From contig OZ024742.1 in NCBI GenBank assembly GCA_964016885.1, positions 62,682,001-62,746,000 of the forward strand: a stretch of 64,000 nucleotides of DNA, read 5' to 3'. The notes below the pieces were generated by a model. The model saw only the letters and a program-made list of their open reading frames with translations. It was not told the DNA's origin and made no database searches. This DNA is from Eledone cirrhosa (taxonomy: Eukaryota). Shown one piece after another: positions 27,801-40,549 of the stretch (positions within the stretch are counted from its first letter, which is position 1; each line of letters starts with the position of its first letter). The translations under genes and the position numbers were made by a program.

Positions 27801-30800
27801 ACTAACTGAATTACCCGGCGTTGCTCGGGTTACTGCTGTTCTTATTCAGATTAGTAAACAATAAATATGAAGATATGTTTTTTTTTTCTCATAATTATTT
27901 CAAAATATCTATATTTTATTCTAAAAATATCAAAATTGTAATGATAATAGAATTTAGAAATGAAAATCTGTCAACCTTGAAGCACCTTAGCGTTAACAAT
28001 ATTCACACAGACATACATTCACGCAGACACACGCATATCTTTTCACTTTATTTTTGGTCAGTTGCTACATATGTGTAGATGTGTGTGTGTATTGAATAAC
28101 GTACCTAATGAACGCGCACACACTCACAGACACATATTAATATACAAAATGTTACATGAGTGTGTTGTTTTCTATTGTTTTAATGCAAATGAAAATAAAA
28201 ATTATCACACATACACTCACACACACATACACTCACATATACACCCACACATACACTCTCACATGCACTCACACAACATACACTCTCACATACACTCACA
28301 CACACATACACTCACACACACATACACTCTTACATACACTCACACACACATACACTCGCACACACATACACTCTCACATACATATACTAAGACAGACACA
28401 CACAGACATACATTTACGCACACCTATCTGTCATCACATATGTATGTCTAGATGTGTGTGTGTGTGTTTAATTGTCTGTGTGTGAAGATAATGTGTATGC
28501 AACTTACGTAGTAACGAACTCGCAAACACACACACACTCACCTACACATACACACTCATATACAATGTGATGTCATCGTGGTCGTCATGGTGGTGGGGCT
28601 TTACTAGAGTTCACTATAGAAATGTTATTTTAGATTTTAAATTTTTTTTTTTATTTAAAGAAAAATGCATTTCAAACAGTGTGGTTAATCCGTGAGCAAA
28701 TGGGGTCCCACGTGCTGGCCTCCCCACAGCTCCGGCGGACAGGATGGAGAATGCGTTTCCTCGGAGGATGGTAAGGGAGATGCGCTGGAAGAGCCATTCC
28801 AACTCGCGAGGCTCACACCTGCGGCTGGCCAGCTCAGCGCCTATGGTGGTGAATAGGGAGGTAACCCTAGGGCCGAGGACACCAGAAGTCTCCACTGCCA
28901 AGGGCACGACCGCAAACCTGTTGGAGAGCGACCGGTACTTGGAGAGTTTGGCCTCCTCAGTAAGACGTGCAGCAATACCTGGGTTAGTCGTAGACTGCAC
29001 CAGGTTGCGGCTGGAGAAAGTGTCGCGGTGAGTGGCATCCCAGACGAGGGGTTTGCCACCGCGGAACGGAAAGATGGTCATACCGTCTGGCTTTTTGCCG
29101 TCCCCTCGGTCCAGCCCCACCGGCTCGAGCTGGGAGGAGAAGCCTGCAGCGTCCAAGCCATACTTTATGACCTCGTTAAGGGCAGCATGGCGTGAAAGGC
29201 GGCCGACACTGTGGCGACAGGAAAGCGGTTGGAGACCGAAAGAGTCCACTGTGGATCCACAGCAACATTTATGTGGCTCGCAGATCCGGAGTCCAAGCCT
29301 CAAGGAAACGCCGATGCGCAGGCTATCGTTATTCAGCTGCGTGCCAGTGGAGAAGGAGGCCAAGGCCGCCATATCTGACAGGTAAAGTGGCCTGTTGCCA
29401 TCCAATGTCGTCAAACTTGACGTTGCATATCTTCTCGGCTGCCGCTCGGATACAAGTATCGAGGTCAACGAGGAGAGATGTGTGAGTGTAGTACGGAGCG
29501 TTGATAAGGGTGTAGAGGAGCTTCGGCATAGCGAAGCAGTTCCTCAACAGAAAGAGGGCAAGGTGGCCGAAGAGAACAGGGTGGCCGTCGATCGTGAGGG
29601 TCTGGAGTTGTTGGAGCCTAGACCTGATGGTGGAGCGGATGGCCGGCAGGTGGATCGGTGACCCGAGGTTGAGGACATCCTCTTTGGGGGTCACCTGTAC
29701 CTGGTGGAGAATGGACCGCACGTCCGAGACGGAGGCTGCAAAGCTCTCACCATCATGGCTGACATTCACCACCTCCGACTTGGACGAGTTGACCTGGAGG
29801 CCAATTCCCGCCAAGACAGGAACCACCTATTGAAGGTCATGGCACACAGTTTCCACGGGCCCGCCCAGCGTAGCATCATCCAGGTGCCAAACGTTGAGAG
29901 GGCCGGGATACTCCGAGCAATGTGGTCTATACCAAGGGCAAACAGGAGGGGGCTCAAAGGGTGGCCCTGTTGGATATCAGTGGCCGAAGGTATGACCGTA
30001 TCAGCAGCAAGGAGAATGATCGGGGCTCCATATGACAAGTAGGCCAGCGGGTAGGCGGCGGGAGCTCGGCTGATGCAGGCATTGAACAGATGGTCCCGGC
30101 GTATGCAGTTAAGCTTGACAATGAGGTGCCTGGAGTACCTGGATGCCGGTTCCGGTGGGCAGCTGTTGAAGAACTGCCTGGTTGCATGTGCAGGCCCCTC
30201 ACAGCCACCGGACACGCCGACACCCAGTTGCACCGGACTGAACTCCTCACCCAGTTTAGGTGTTACGGACCTGCAGACCACCTTAGCAGCCAGCCTCCAG
30301 AAGAGATTGCCCACAGCGATGTGGCGTATGCTACCCTCTTTCTTCCTGAGAGTGGTCAGGCTAGCCGAAAAAAGAGGCCTCGGGCGTGAGGATCCATGGA
30401 GCCATGGATAAGCCTATTGGGGTTGCACTCAGAAGGGGGCGCCCGGCCTCAGTGGAGAGGGGGGATAACAACTCCTTGGGGTGGCCTGGTCGGAGACCAT
30501 CAGCACCTCCGCTGCTGCTAACTTGATGGCAGACATGATGTCTGCGTCGGAAACCACAAGGAGCAGGTGGGGAGAGGGTGGGGGTATGGGTCGGAGATCA
30601 GCAGGTGGCTCATGGTGCTTGAGTCGCAGGGCAGCCAGGACCTCCTCGGTGGGTTGAAGGACAGTGTTTTCTGAGGCAACCACTCTGACTGTGGCCGAGA
30701 CATCACCCATGATAAGTTTAGCGTTTACGCGTTCACGCAAACGCTTGGCGCTGGCCTCAGGGGTGGAGGATTGGAGGCACGCAAGAGCAGGGGCTGTGGC

Positions 30801-32033
30801 GTCCTTAGGCACGCTTGGAATGGGCGCTTGCCCAAAGGACGAAACATTGGCCTTGACAAAGGCTTCTGTCGAAAGGCAGCCTCTGACAGCGCCAGAGCTG
30901 GGAAGGCCGATGTACAAAAAGAAAACGGGATTGTTCCCAGCGGAATGACCCAAAGGTTGCTATTGTCACTGATGCTGGAGTTGGCTTCCTCTTGTTAATG
31001 GTGGTGGTAGTAATTGCTGGTAAGATGTTAATGTATACACATATATGTTGTTGTTGTTATTGTCACTGCGGCTGTCGTATCCTTCATCTTGTTAATGGTA
31101 GTGGTAGTTGAAACCGATACTTATTTCGGCTGCCAGGCAGGCTGCTAAGGTTCGAATGTCTTCTTTCACCGAAGATGCGGGGTCGTTGTTATTGTCACTG
31201 TTGCTGTCGTTGCCTTCCTCTTGGTAATGGTAGTGATAATTGTTGGTGCTACCTATTTCTACTGTCAAGCTAGCTGCTGAAACAGCTTCTGTTTGCATTT
31301 TCGCATACATCTTAACGATATTCTCAAAGTTTGAATATAACTGAATATTTGAATATAACTGAACCGTCGTATCATTTAATTTGAAAAGTGGAATATAGTA
31401 AAAGGAGAATAAGGTGAATTTGAAGTGTCAATCCCTTGTTTATTTGGGGGGTTTTTTTTGGGGGGGGGGGGTTAAACCGGATTTACTACCTTCTTGTTTG
31501 TGTTGTTTTGGTATTTGCAATATTGGTTTAGTGTTTATATTGGCCGTTATTTTCTCTGCTCTGTGAGATAAAATATATTGCCGAGGAGCAAAAAGAAACA
31601 ATTGGTCGTGAGTTTTTAAAAATCTGATTTGCTCTTGTAATGAAAATGTATGTAATTCACTATCATTCTTTGTCCATGGAAGACTTTCGGTTTCACCTCA
31701 GTTCCTAAGTTCGATACTCTTCGAGCTCAATCTTCCCGTGTTTTTAAACAGATATTTATTGGTGAACAATAAATAGTCGATGTGAAAGAGTTGCTAGTAA
31801 ACGTAGCTAGAGTTCTGTATTAAACTTTGCTATTAATATAACTTCCCTTTTCACGTTGTTAATTGTAGGTGAGTTTTTGTAATATCTATATAAATATTGT
31901 TTGAATCTAAATTAAAAATAAAAATGGCATGTTGATACTCCCGCGGTCTGATACTATTACCTTGTAAAATTTGATTTGATTTGGTCCAGCCGTTTGAGAA
32001 TGCATAGGAACAGACAGGCAGACATACAGCACG

Positions 32034-32040
<7 letters not shown>
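27801..32040 (-). mobile_element. Non-autonomous Helitron-like element carrying a nested CRE insertion
   Basis: Minus-strand 3' end has hairpin CCCG-AGCAACGC-CGGG then TTAGT; putative 5' end has (GTCT)n-like repeats and AAACGGCTGGACC, typical of non-autonomous Helitrons. Pairing of the two ends is inferred. Confidence 0.55.
28614..30950 (-). mobile_element. CRE-clade non-LTR retrotransposon (RT + restriction-like endonuclease), frameshifted
   Basis: QLGVGVSGGCE, IQQG.PLSPLLF.LG, QATLPVRYGGLG, C.CG..VD..G...LSC....GR..RH..LN, DGK.PDG.T, LVWDAT..DT, PLAVETSG; A-rich tail. Confidence 0.9.
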
Positions 32041-32090
<50 letters not shown>

Positions 32091-32166
32091 CAAAGGAATT
32101 GTGGTAAGGAACCAGATGGACCATAACGCACCAGAGTACTCAATACTTAGGGTAGTAGAGTGGGAA

Positions 32167-32278
32167 ATAGGAAAAAGTATGACCCCGACGGCAGAGCTCA
32201 AGCCGTTTCGACGGCTATTTCTGGATTCAGAAATAGCCGTCGAAACGGCTTGAGCTCTGCGTCGGGGTCATACTTTTT

Positions 32279-32283
<5 letters not shown>
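32167..32283. repeat. Near-perfect ~57-bp-arm hairpin built from the 3' half of an HHR
   Basis: Apex ctg-gatt-cag (32221-32230); arm reads GAAA-CGGC TTGAGCTCT GCCG-TC-GGGGTC; no CUGANGA box. Confidence 0.85.
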
Positions 32284-32313
<30 letters not shown>

Positions 32314-32699
32314 ATGAACTAAATTTCTCTCTCTATCTCTCTCTCTCTTTCTCTCTTTCTATGTGTATATATATATAAACTAAGCATTAAATTTAAAATA
32401 CTGTTAATGAAATACCTCATACCCTTCTTACGTCACGGATGTAGTTTTCTATTTTAAATATGATTTGCTCCACCACACTGTTTTTAAAATAGAAGTTGCA
32501 GAATATATGATTGTCGATAAAAAAAGAAGCTTTATTTGTAAGTGTGCAAACGTTCTCTTTTCTACTGGAAAATTGAAAATAGGAGACCATGCCAGAGAGC
32601 ATGGCTTTTAGTCAAATTTTTTTCAGGATGGCTGTGTTTCGCAAGGTATATTATATCATTGTCCTGGGCAAGACACTGAACTGCATCCGGTAATGAGGT

Positions 32700-34830
32700 T
32701 CGAGAATTCTTGGACTCTAGGGAGTATGGAGTTACTCCTTAGTCACCATCACTCGCAGGTCGGCTCTGGCCCGGAACGGTAGTACCTGTCAGGGTCCCAC
32801 CTATGAGTTAAATAGTCTTAGTGGCAAGGCTCGTCGTTCTAAGACCCTAAATCTACCGACATGTTAGGTAGTATCCAACAGCTATGCCACAGCCTGGGTA
32901 ACGTCTCCCGTGTCTCCGACGAAGGTTTTTAAGCCAAAGGCTAAGAGAGGGACACTCTGATGTAAACCTTACGATCCGAGGAACTCGTTGCCACCGTTTC
33001 AGCTTGCTACGCCAGGACGGACAGATGAACCCCGAGTGTAAAGAGTGGCGTCATTTCAGCGCACACTGCACTTCACCTAAAAACTGCGCTGAGCAGGCTC
33101 GAAGGACAAGTCCGCGTCCACCAACCACTCAAGACCTGTAGCGATGGAAAAGGGACAAAAACAGGTGTAAGATGATACTAGAAGTCCTAGTCCCAATTCT
33201 GCATGCAGTTTAGGGGGTTGGTCGTCTTATGTTCACCCGGAGACGCCAATATCATTGAGTACACACTGAATGACCAAGCAACTTTCTCAAGGAATAGCAC
33301 AGTTTGCTCTACGTGGAAAGGGGGTCTAGAAAAGGTGGCCTAAACAAAGCTCGTCTCCTACACTACCCAGTTAGCAAACCGTGGTCAATGGGCATCTCAT
33401 GCGGACGAAAAACATCAAGGAAGAAAAGGTACACACCCAACTATAAAGGTGTGAATGGAATGAAAGTCGCATGCTGGAACAACAAAACCATTCTAGACAC
33501 AGAAGTCCAGTACGTCGATCTGCTTTAACTGTACACGAGCCGTCAAGACTGAATGCTGGCATCGCTGCTCTTAGTGAAATCTGCTATCCAGAGGAAGGCA
33601 GCCTACAAGAGCATGGCACCGAATAGACCCTCTACTGGTCAGGCAAACCAGCAGTGAAGATACGCCTTTCAAGGGTGGGCTTTATGGTCAGGAACTGACC
33701 ACTGAGTAATCAACAATATGCCACTCTCTTCAGTGTGTACTTCCCTACTCTTCAAGCAGAACCTTTGGAAAAGAACAGGTTTTACTCTGATCTGCAGTCT
33801 CTTACAGGGCACCCTGTGGATGGCATGGTCATAATCCTTGGCGATTTCAACGCCAGAGTGGACCAAGATGCTGTAATTTGATAGAGAGTTCTTGTGAGAC
33901 ATGCTGTTGGTAACTGCAATAACAATGCATGTTTTCCTTTGGAGTTTTGCTCAGAACATCAACTCGTTCTCACGAACATCATCTTCCAGCAGAAGGACAG
34001 TTTGAAAATAACCTGGATGAATTCTCGTTCCAAACACTGGCACCTCATTGATTATATCCTAGTGCGCCGGTGTGACATGAAAGACGTCTTGCATACTAGA
34101 TTTATGTCCAATGCGGAATGTTACACCGACCATCGTTTTGTATGTTGCAAACTCAAGCTCCACTTTAAATCCAAATCAAAGAAAGGAAGCCCCTACAGTT
34201 AAAAAATTCATGGTTAGCAGTTTCCAGTCAGCTGATGTGAAAACTGACTTCCAGGCAGCCCTTCAGTTCATGCTGGAAGATAAGAGCATTCCCACAGATC
34301 CCTCTCCAAAACCACTTTGGTAACATCTGATAAATGTCATTCTGCAGGCATTTGCGAAAGTCCTTGGGTTCACCTCAAAGAAGAACAAAGACTAGTTTGG
34401 TGACAACAACGAGGAAATTCCAAAATTGCTGGTGAAGAAGAGATCCACCTACCAGGCTCACTTAGGTCAGGCATCTTCCCTGTTACTACATTCCGCTTCG
34501 TATGCTGTAACCTCCAGCGTAAGCTTCGAGAGAACTAGAACAAATGGTGGACCAACCTCGCTGAGAAAGAACTCAGTTGTGCACAGACACCGGAGACAAT
34601 AGGGGCTTCTAATAAGCCTTAAACCCTAACCCTAACCCTAACCCTACATACCATCTCCATAGTCCTTTGTATAGGGCAGATGACCAGTCTCTCCTCACAG
34701 ACAGAGTGTCCATCTTAAGCCGTTGGTCAGTACATTTCCAGACCCTCTTCAACGCTAACCACACTGTCCACGAATCAGAAATTCTCTGAATTTCCCAACA
34801 ACCAGTAAAAGTCAAGCTAGAGCAGCTAAG
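32700..34830 (+). mobile_element. RTE (BovB-like) LINE 5' part with decayed APE endonuclease
   Basis: MKVACWN, IAALSE, TLYWSG, ILGDFNARV, TWM..RSKHWHLIDYILVR, C.TDHR motifs with many stops; 5' boundary approximate. Confidence 0.8.
34622..34645. repeat. Interstitial telomere-type repeat (AACCCT)4
   Basis: aaccctaaccctaaccctaaccct inside the RTE remnant. Confidence 0.85.
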
Positions 34831-35238
34831 TGTGGTAAGGAACCATCGGGGTACTGACTCTTTTCCTCTTACCCACTCTACTACCCAAAGTATCGAGTAC
34901 TCTGATGCGTTATGGTCCACCTGGTTCTTTACCACACTTCCTTCGTTATCCAGCTCCTACCTCCGTAGTGGAGCACTTTCTGACCCAACCACGCCATATC
35001 AACCCGGCCCGGCGACATGCCACTACACTTTCGGGCCACATCTGGGATCCAAGCCGTTGGGGTCCTGACTCTTTTTATATATATATATATATATGTATAT
35101 AACAAAGGAATTGTGGTAAGGAACCAGAAGAACCATAACGCACCAGAGTACACAATACTTAGGGTAGTAGAGCGGGAAATAGAAAAAAGTATGACCCCGA
35201 CGGCAGAGCTCAAGCCGTTTCGACGGCTATTTCTGGAC
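34830..35238. repeat. Two oppositely oriented copies of the 13795/32088 repeat family around a (TA)n tract
   Basis: 35100-35237 nearly identical to 32088-32225 and truncated at the same ttctgga point. Confidence 0.8.
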
Positions 35239-35674
35239 TAAATTAGAATTTTTAGCCTGGTGAATAAATAGCCGAACTTGTCAAGTGGGTACTTCCTTAT
35301 ATGGGAAGATTGTAGTTGTAAAAAGGATTGGTTAAAATTTGTTGTAAACACAAATAAGTCTATCATGGCATTTGGTGGGATGTAGGGGTAGCTGAACTTG
35401 CCTGTAGAACAATAGGGGAGTGAGTGGAGCGGTCAAGCATTGAAAGTGATATGTATACAGCAGATTCTAAGGATAGTGTATGAAGTGGAGGAGGGAAGTT
35501 ATATACACACACACACACATATACACATATATATCCCTACGTACACTCAAACACACACATATATATACACATAATTATAGATACAAATACACACGTATAC
35601 AATAAATATACTTACACATACATACGCATCATACATGCATATATACACTTACATACATATACATACATATGCAC

Positions 35675-35727
<53 letters not shown>

Positions 35728-36449
35728 AACGGAAAAAATGAAACGAAATTTCATTTCTCACTCTTAGTACGGCTGTTACTTAAATATAAGTATGTACACG
35801 TACATACATATATGTATACAGACGTACAGTAGTATGTATATATATATACATACATGCACACATATATATATGTACGTATAGATTCACCGAACATTTATTA
35901 TAATGCTCGGTGTGTTTGTGAACAAAACATCCCGAATTAAGCCGAACAGTGTCTAGAAACCATCGTTGCTCATTTGTTCAACACTGACAAAGGAACGCTG
36001 TACTAGTTTCAAGCTTATTAGCTATCGTCAGCAACGTATACTTTCCTGCCAGATGATTGAACGTCTGAAAGTATATACTTTCCTTATGCATATTAACGGC
36101 TGAGCAGCCTAATTTGCATATCGAGTGGGTTAATCGGCTGGGTGCACCGAAAACGATGAACGGAAAAAATGAAACGAAATTTCATTTCCCACTCTTAGTA
36201 CGGCTGTTACTTAAATATAAGTATGTACACGTACATACATATATGTATACAGACGTACAGTAGTATGTATATATATATATACATACATGCACACATATAT
36301 ATATGTACGTATGGATTCACCGAACATTTATTATAATGCTTGGTGTGTTTGTAAACAAACATCCCGTATTAAGCCGTAGTGTCTAGTAACCATCGTTGCT
36401 CGTTTGTTCAACACTGACCGTTAATATGCATAAGGTAAGTATATACGTT
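35728..36449 (-). repeat. Second array (~1.6 units, 431-bp period) of the 15708-16890 family; HHR at 35995-36037; inverted fragment at 36418-36449
   Basis: HHR identical to 16047-16089; abuts the 3' end of the PLE at 36486. Confidence 0.85.
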
Positions 36450-36485
36450 CCACAATCTGGAGGTGAAGTGGGTTTTTTTTATTTT

Positions 36486-38615
36486 TTAGCCATCTGCCTT
36501 CATCACTGGCTTAAGATATTTGAAAGTTGCAAAGCTTTTGTGCATGCAATTCGAGCAGTGTTCAGAGAGTTTGTTCAGTATCGAGCCCTTGGCAAATAGT
36601 ATTTCGTAGCTCTCTGAAATACAAAGGCCACAGCACTTGTGTCCTCCCTATTATGAGCGCTTTTCTGGAGTATTTTTTATTTGAGCGTGAAAGGGGTGGA
36701 ATTCTTCTTGAAGTCCCAGACATAGGAGGCGAGTGTTGTCTGATTGGATTTGTCCGGTCTTCTGAAAGAGTGGGTATGGGCATACCACCGGGTCTTAAAA
36801 TTGTTGGAAGTCATTCCGATATAAGTCTTTTTGTTGTTGTCATCAGTGCCTGAGATGACATCACATTTATATACGATATCATGTGTCAGGCATTTGTTTT
36901 CAAGTGGGCAGGCTTCCTTATTTTGGCAGTTGTACAAAGCTCCCGTCCGGGAATTGGTTTCGGAGGTAATAGGCTTATTTAATTTTATAGTGTTGAGATT
37001 GGCTATATTCCTAGCTAGGTTAGGTGTAGTGGAGTAGGAGAGTCTTATTGTATTCTTATTAAAGATAGTACAGTACCTATGTTGTGTGGGGAAGTGTATG
37101 TTCAGCAATTTGAAGAAAGTCCTAGCTATAGGTGAAGAAACCTCTCTATTGATGGGGGGTTGTACCAACTAATCTGCCTATGCCTATTTCTCCTAGTTAG
37201 TCTTGGGTGGTTTATAGATAAGTAATCTTTTCTTTAAATCTACTGCGGGTGAGGGCGTCGTTGTAGTAAGAGGCAGAGGCGCTAAAGATATCTTCATTGG
37301 CCGAGAGACCGGAGATTCTGAGTTAGACGCTTTTAAATAAGTTATCTGGATGTTTTTAGGGGGGTTCGAATTAACATTTATATATCTGAGGGACTCGTTA
37401 GATTTGTAGTACGGGTAATAGAGGGAAGTATCTAAGTCGAGAGTGACATCTAAAAAGTTGGCCTTAATCATATTTGATTCTATGGTTATTCTAAATCCTA
37501 GATTATGGAAGAACGAGCTTAAGTTTCTCCGAAACCCATCAGTGGTTCTGGGGTTTACTTTGTGCAAGGCGAAAATGCCATCAACTCGGTATAATCCTTC
37601 GGTAAGGCCCGTGAAGTGGTTCTTCAGGTGGTATAAGATGTACAGGCCCACGAGGTCGCTAACTTCAGCCGAGTCACTTACCCTCATGCTGACGTCAAAA
37701 GGGGTCTCAGACTTCTTGTTAATCCAGTAAGATCCCTCGTGGTGTAGAAAGGTCTTACGGGTGTGGAGAATCACATCCTACTCAGCGTCGGTTATGGTGG
37801 TAAAATTCCTGGCAAAAGCAAGTGCATCCTTCAGTAGAGGCGCTGAGATAGAAGCGTAGTAGTCTTCTATGTCTAGTTGCAAAAAGCGAGTGTAGCGTTT
37901 ATCGGGCAATTCTTGGAACCAAGAGATTGTCTCGGAAGTTCTGCTCCAGAGTGGGAGAGGTGAGGCCACCCGCAGTGATGGTAGAACTCTATCAAGGATT
38001 TTTTTGCTGATATAACCGATGTCCGAACGTGTCGGGTTGATAAGTTTGACTGATGATTTGGTGAGGAAGTTTCCCTTGCCGTCCTTCAGGGTAAAGTGCG
38101 GGATCTTTACCCTAAAGGGTTCCGTTCGGTTGTCTAGTTTAAGGGACTTTGCAATTTCTTTTCCGACCGCATTGGTCTCAGTCAAAGCCATCTCGTTTAA
38201 CTTTTGTAGGTAGTCGTGATAGCATTTTATGCCAGCTTATTATAGGTCGGTAGGTCCACCTCATACACGTTTTTGGTTTTATCGGAGGGGATATGGAGAT
38301 TGGGGGACCGCATTTCATTATTTAAGTAGCCTGGAATGGTGTGTTGGCTCTACGAAATTTAATACCTCTGATCATCTTGAAGAGGTCTTCCTCAAATGGT
38401 TCAAGTAGGCTGTTGGTGAGTGATGCCTTATTCGTTTTGAAACCGAACTTCTCATCATTGGTAGATGCTACATGAGGGTGGTCGAAGAAGAAGGCTCTCC
38501 ATCTAATTCGCTTAATCAACTCGTCTGTACGTCTGATGAGTGTTTTTAAGTATTGTTTCCTTGAAGGGATTGGGATGTTCTTCATGGAGACATCGAGGTC
38601 GAGTTTGGTCAGCAT
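36486..38615 (-). mobile_element. Near full-length Naiad-like PLE ORF with stops and frameshifts
   Basis: N-terminal SMKNIPIP..RIRWRAFFF..FGFKT; LINPTRSDIG; LDIEDYYASI; DSAEVSDLVG; NFLDVTLDL; NC..KEACPLENKCL; YIGMTSNNFKTR; CGLC..E; CMH. Confidence 0.9.
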
Positions 38616-38801
38616 GTTTTCTTGGTGATGGTTAAGATGGGCACAAAGATTATATATATATTTAAAAAGAATAAAGACGGTTTTATATATTCAGCTTCAG
38701 TATATTGTCTTACATCACACCTGTTATGTACATCCAAAAGCACTAAAATATTTTTATGTAAAAGTTATTTGATGCGTTATCGTCAGATACATGTATATGT
38801 T

Positions 38802-38842
<41 letters not shown>

Positions 38843-38866
38843 ACGTATCTGTGTATGCATACATGA

Positions 38867-38934
<68 letters not shown>

Positions 38935-38967
38935 CTACTGACCATCCCTCTACCACGAATTACTCTG

Positions 38968-39028
<61 letters not shown>

Positions 39029-39382
39029 TCTTAATAGGCATTTGAACTGTCAACAGGCTGCGGTTCGCACACACATCCCTGCTGACCATTATCACAACAA
39101 CGAACCTCTTTACTACTACTACACACACACACACATATTTGTTGTGAAAGACTTATTTCTCAGTCAGCCGACACAAACCTACATTTGGCGCAAAATCAAT
39201 TTTTTACATTCACATGACCTCTACCGACCAATCAAAATTGTTTTAACCACAAGAATTTTTGCAACATTAATTGGCGCGAAACTTATTTTAATACCGCTGG
39301 AGCCACTTTTTTCACATAAAAACAGGTAGAATTTCCAAAACTAATCAGATTAGAGCAAACATCACGGGCCCTCTATCTCAAA

Positions 39383-39425
39383 ATTATTTTTGAAAAGCAT
39401 TAGAAATGCGCAACCGGTAAAACTT
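39383..39425 (+). ncRNA. U3:A8 HHR-like motif (GCAA in place of GAAA)
   Basis: ATTATTT-TTGAAAA-GCATT AGA AATGC-GCAA-CCGG-TA-AAACTT; same family as 22541-22936. Confidence 0.5.
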
Positions 39426-39530
39426 AAAACCAAAACTGAATACTAACCAATACTATTACTAATTCTCACTTATTCCTAATTAAAGTATTTTTCACTGTGA
39501 ACAATTTGTCAGCATTTTCTTTTCCGTTTA

Positions 39531-39569
<39 letters not shown>

Positions 39570-39585
39570 TATTTAGTATAGAAAT

Positions 39586-39636
39586 GGGTTCTATAAGACT
39601 AGAACTCTTTCATTTGTATCAAGTCATCAGGAATTC
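39586..39636 (-). ncRNA. Decayed hammerhead ribozyme related to 50673-50723
   Basis: TTC-CTGATGA-CTTG ATA CAAAT-GAAA-GAG TTCTAGT CTT A-TA-GAA. Confidence 0.55.
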
Positions 39637-39789
39637 CGGCTGACACAGTATGTCGTTGATATTTATAGGTTTCCTAGTGGCTGCGGAGGACTGTGGTGAT
39701 GGGGGGCTTATTTTAAGGAGCAGATATCAAGTAGTGGATTAGAGGGAGTGGGAGGGGAGAGGTACGAGGTCGGGTTAAGAACAATATGA

Positions 39790-40300
39790 TGAGACATGAA
39801 CATCTCTCTCAAAGCTAAACTGAGTCTCATGCGTGCGCCTATACGCTTCATCTCTTTATATGCTTGTGAGCTGGGGACACTCACAGCAGAATTACATAGG
39901 AACATACTAACATTCGAAATAAGAGGCTACAAAAAATTATGAGCATCATCTATACAGAACAAATAAGCAACCAAAGCATTCACACGGCAATGAGACAACT
40001 TTTGTGCAGCTATGAAGATCTGCTAACCACTCCAAAGAAAAGCAATTAAATATTACGGTAACGTAACAAAATCTGATTATATTGATGACAACGATCTTTT
40101 AATGAACAGTGCAAGGGAAAAGAAAGTAAGGACATCCAAAAAAGAAATGGTTCGATAACAGCAAGGGATGAACCAGTAAAGACTCGGAACAACCCAAGTC
40201 CTAGCTTGCAATAGAGATGTATGAAAAAAGATGGAACACTGCTCTATTTTGTCCGCCCCTACGACCCTGGAAGGTCAAAGTAAAAGTGATGTGAAATGAA
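39790..40300 (+). mobile_element. Old RTE-like LINE 3' fragment
   Basis: LYACE..TLT......LTFE.R.YKK motif and residual downstream similarity. Confidence 0.55.
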
Positions 40301-40322
40301 AAGGCGCCTGTGTATGTATATG

Positions 40323-40450
<128 letters not shown>

Positions 40451-40549
40451 TGTAAATGTGTGTTTGTGTTTGTGTGTTTGTTTGTATATGTGCGTTTGTG
40501 TATGTGTCTGTGTTTGTATGTATATATATTATATTTGTAAATATTATTC

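Noticed and set aside
32820-32955. HDV-like ribozyme in the RTE 5' UTR (tctcccgtg...ggctaagagagg)
   Set aside because: L3-like and J4/2-like words are present, but I could not build consistent P1/P2/P3 pairings by eye.
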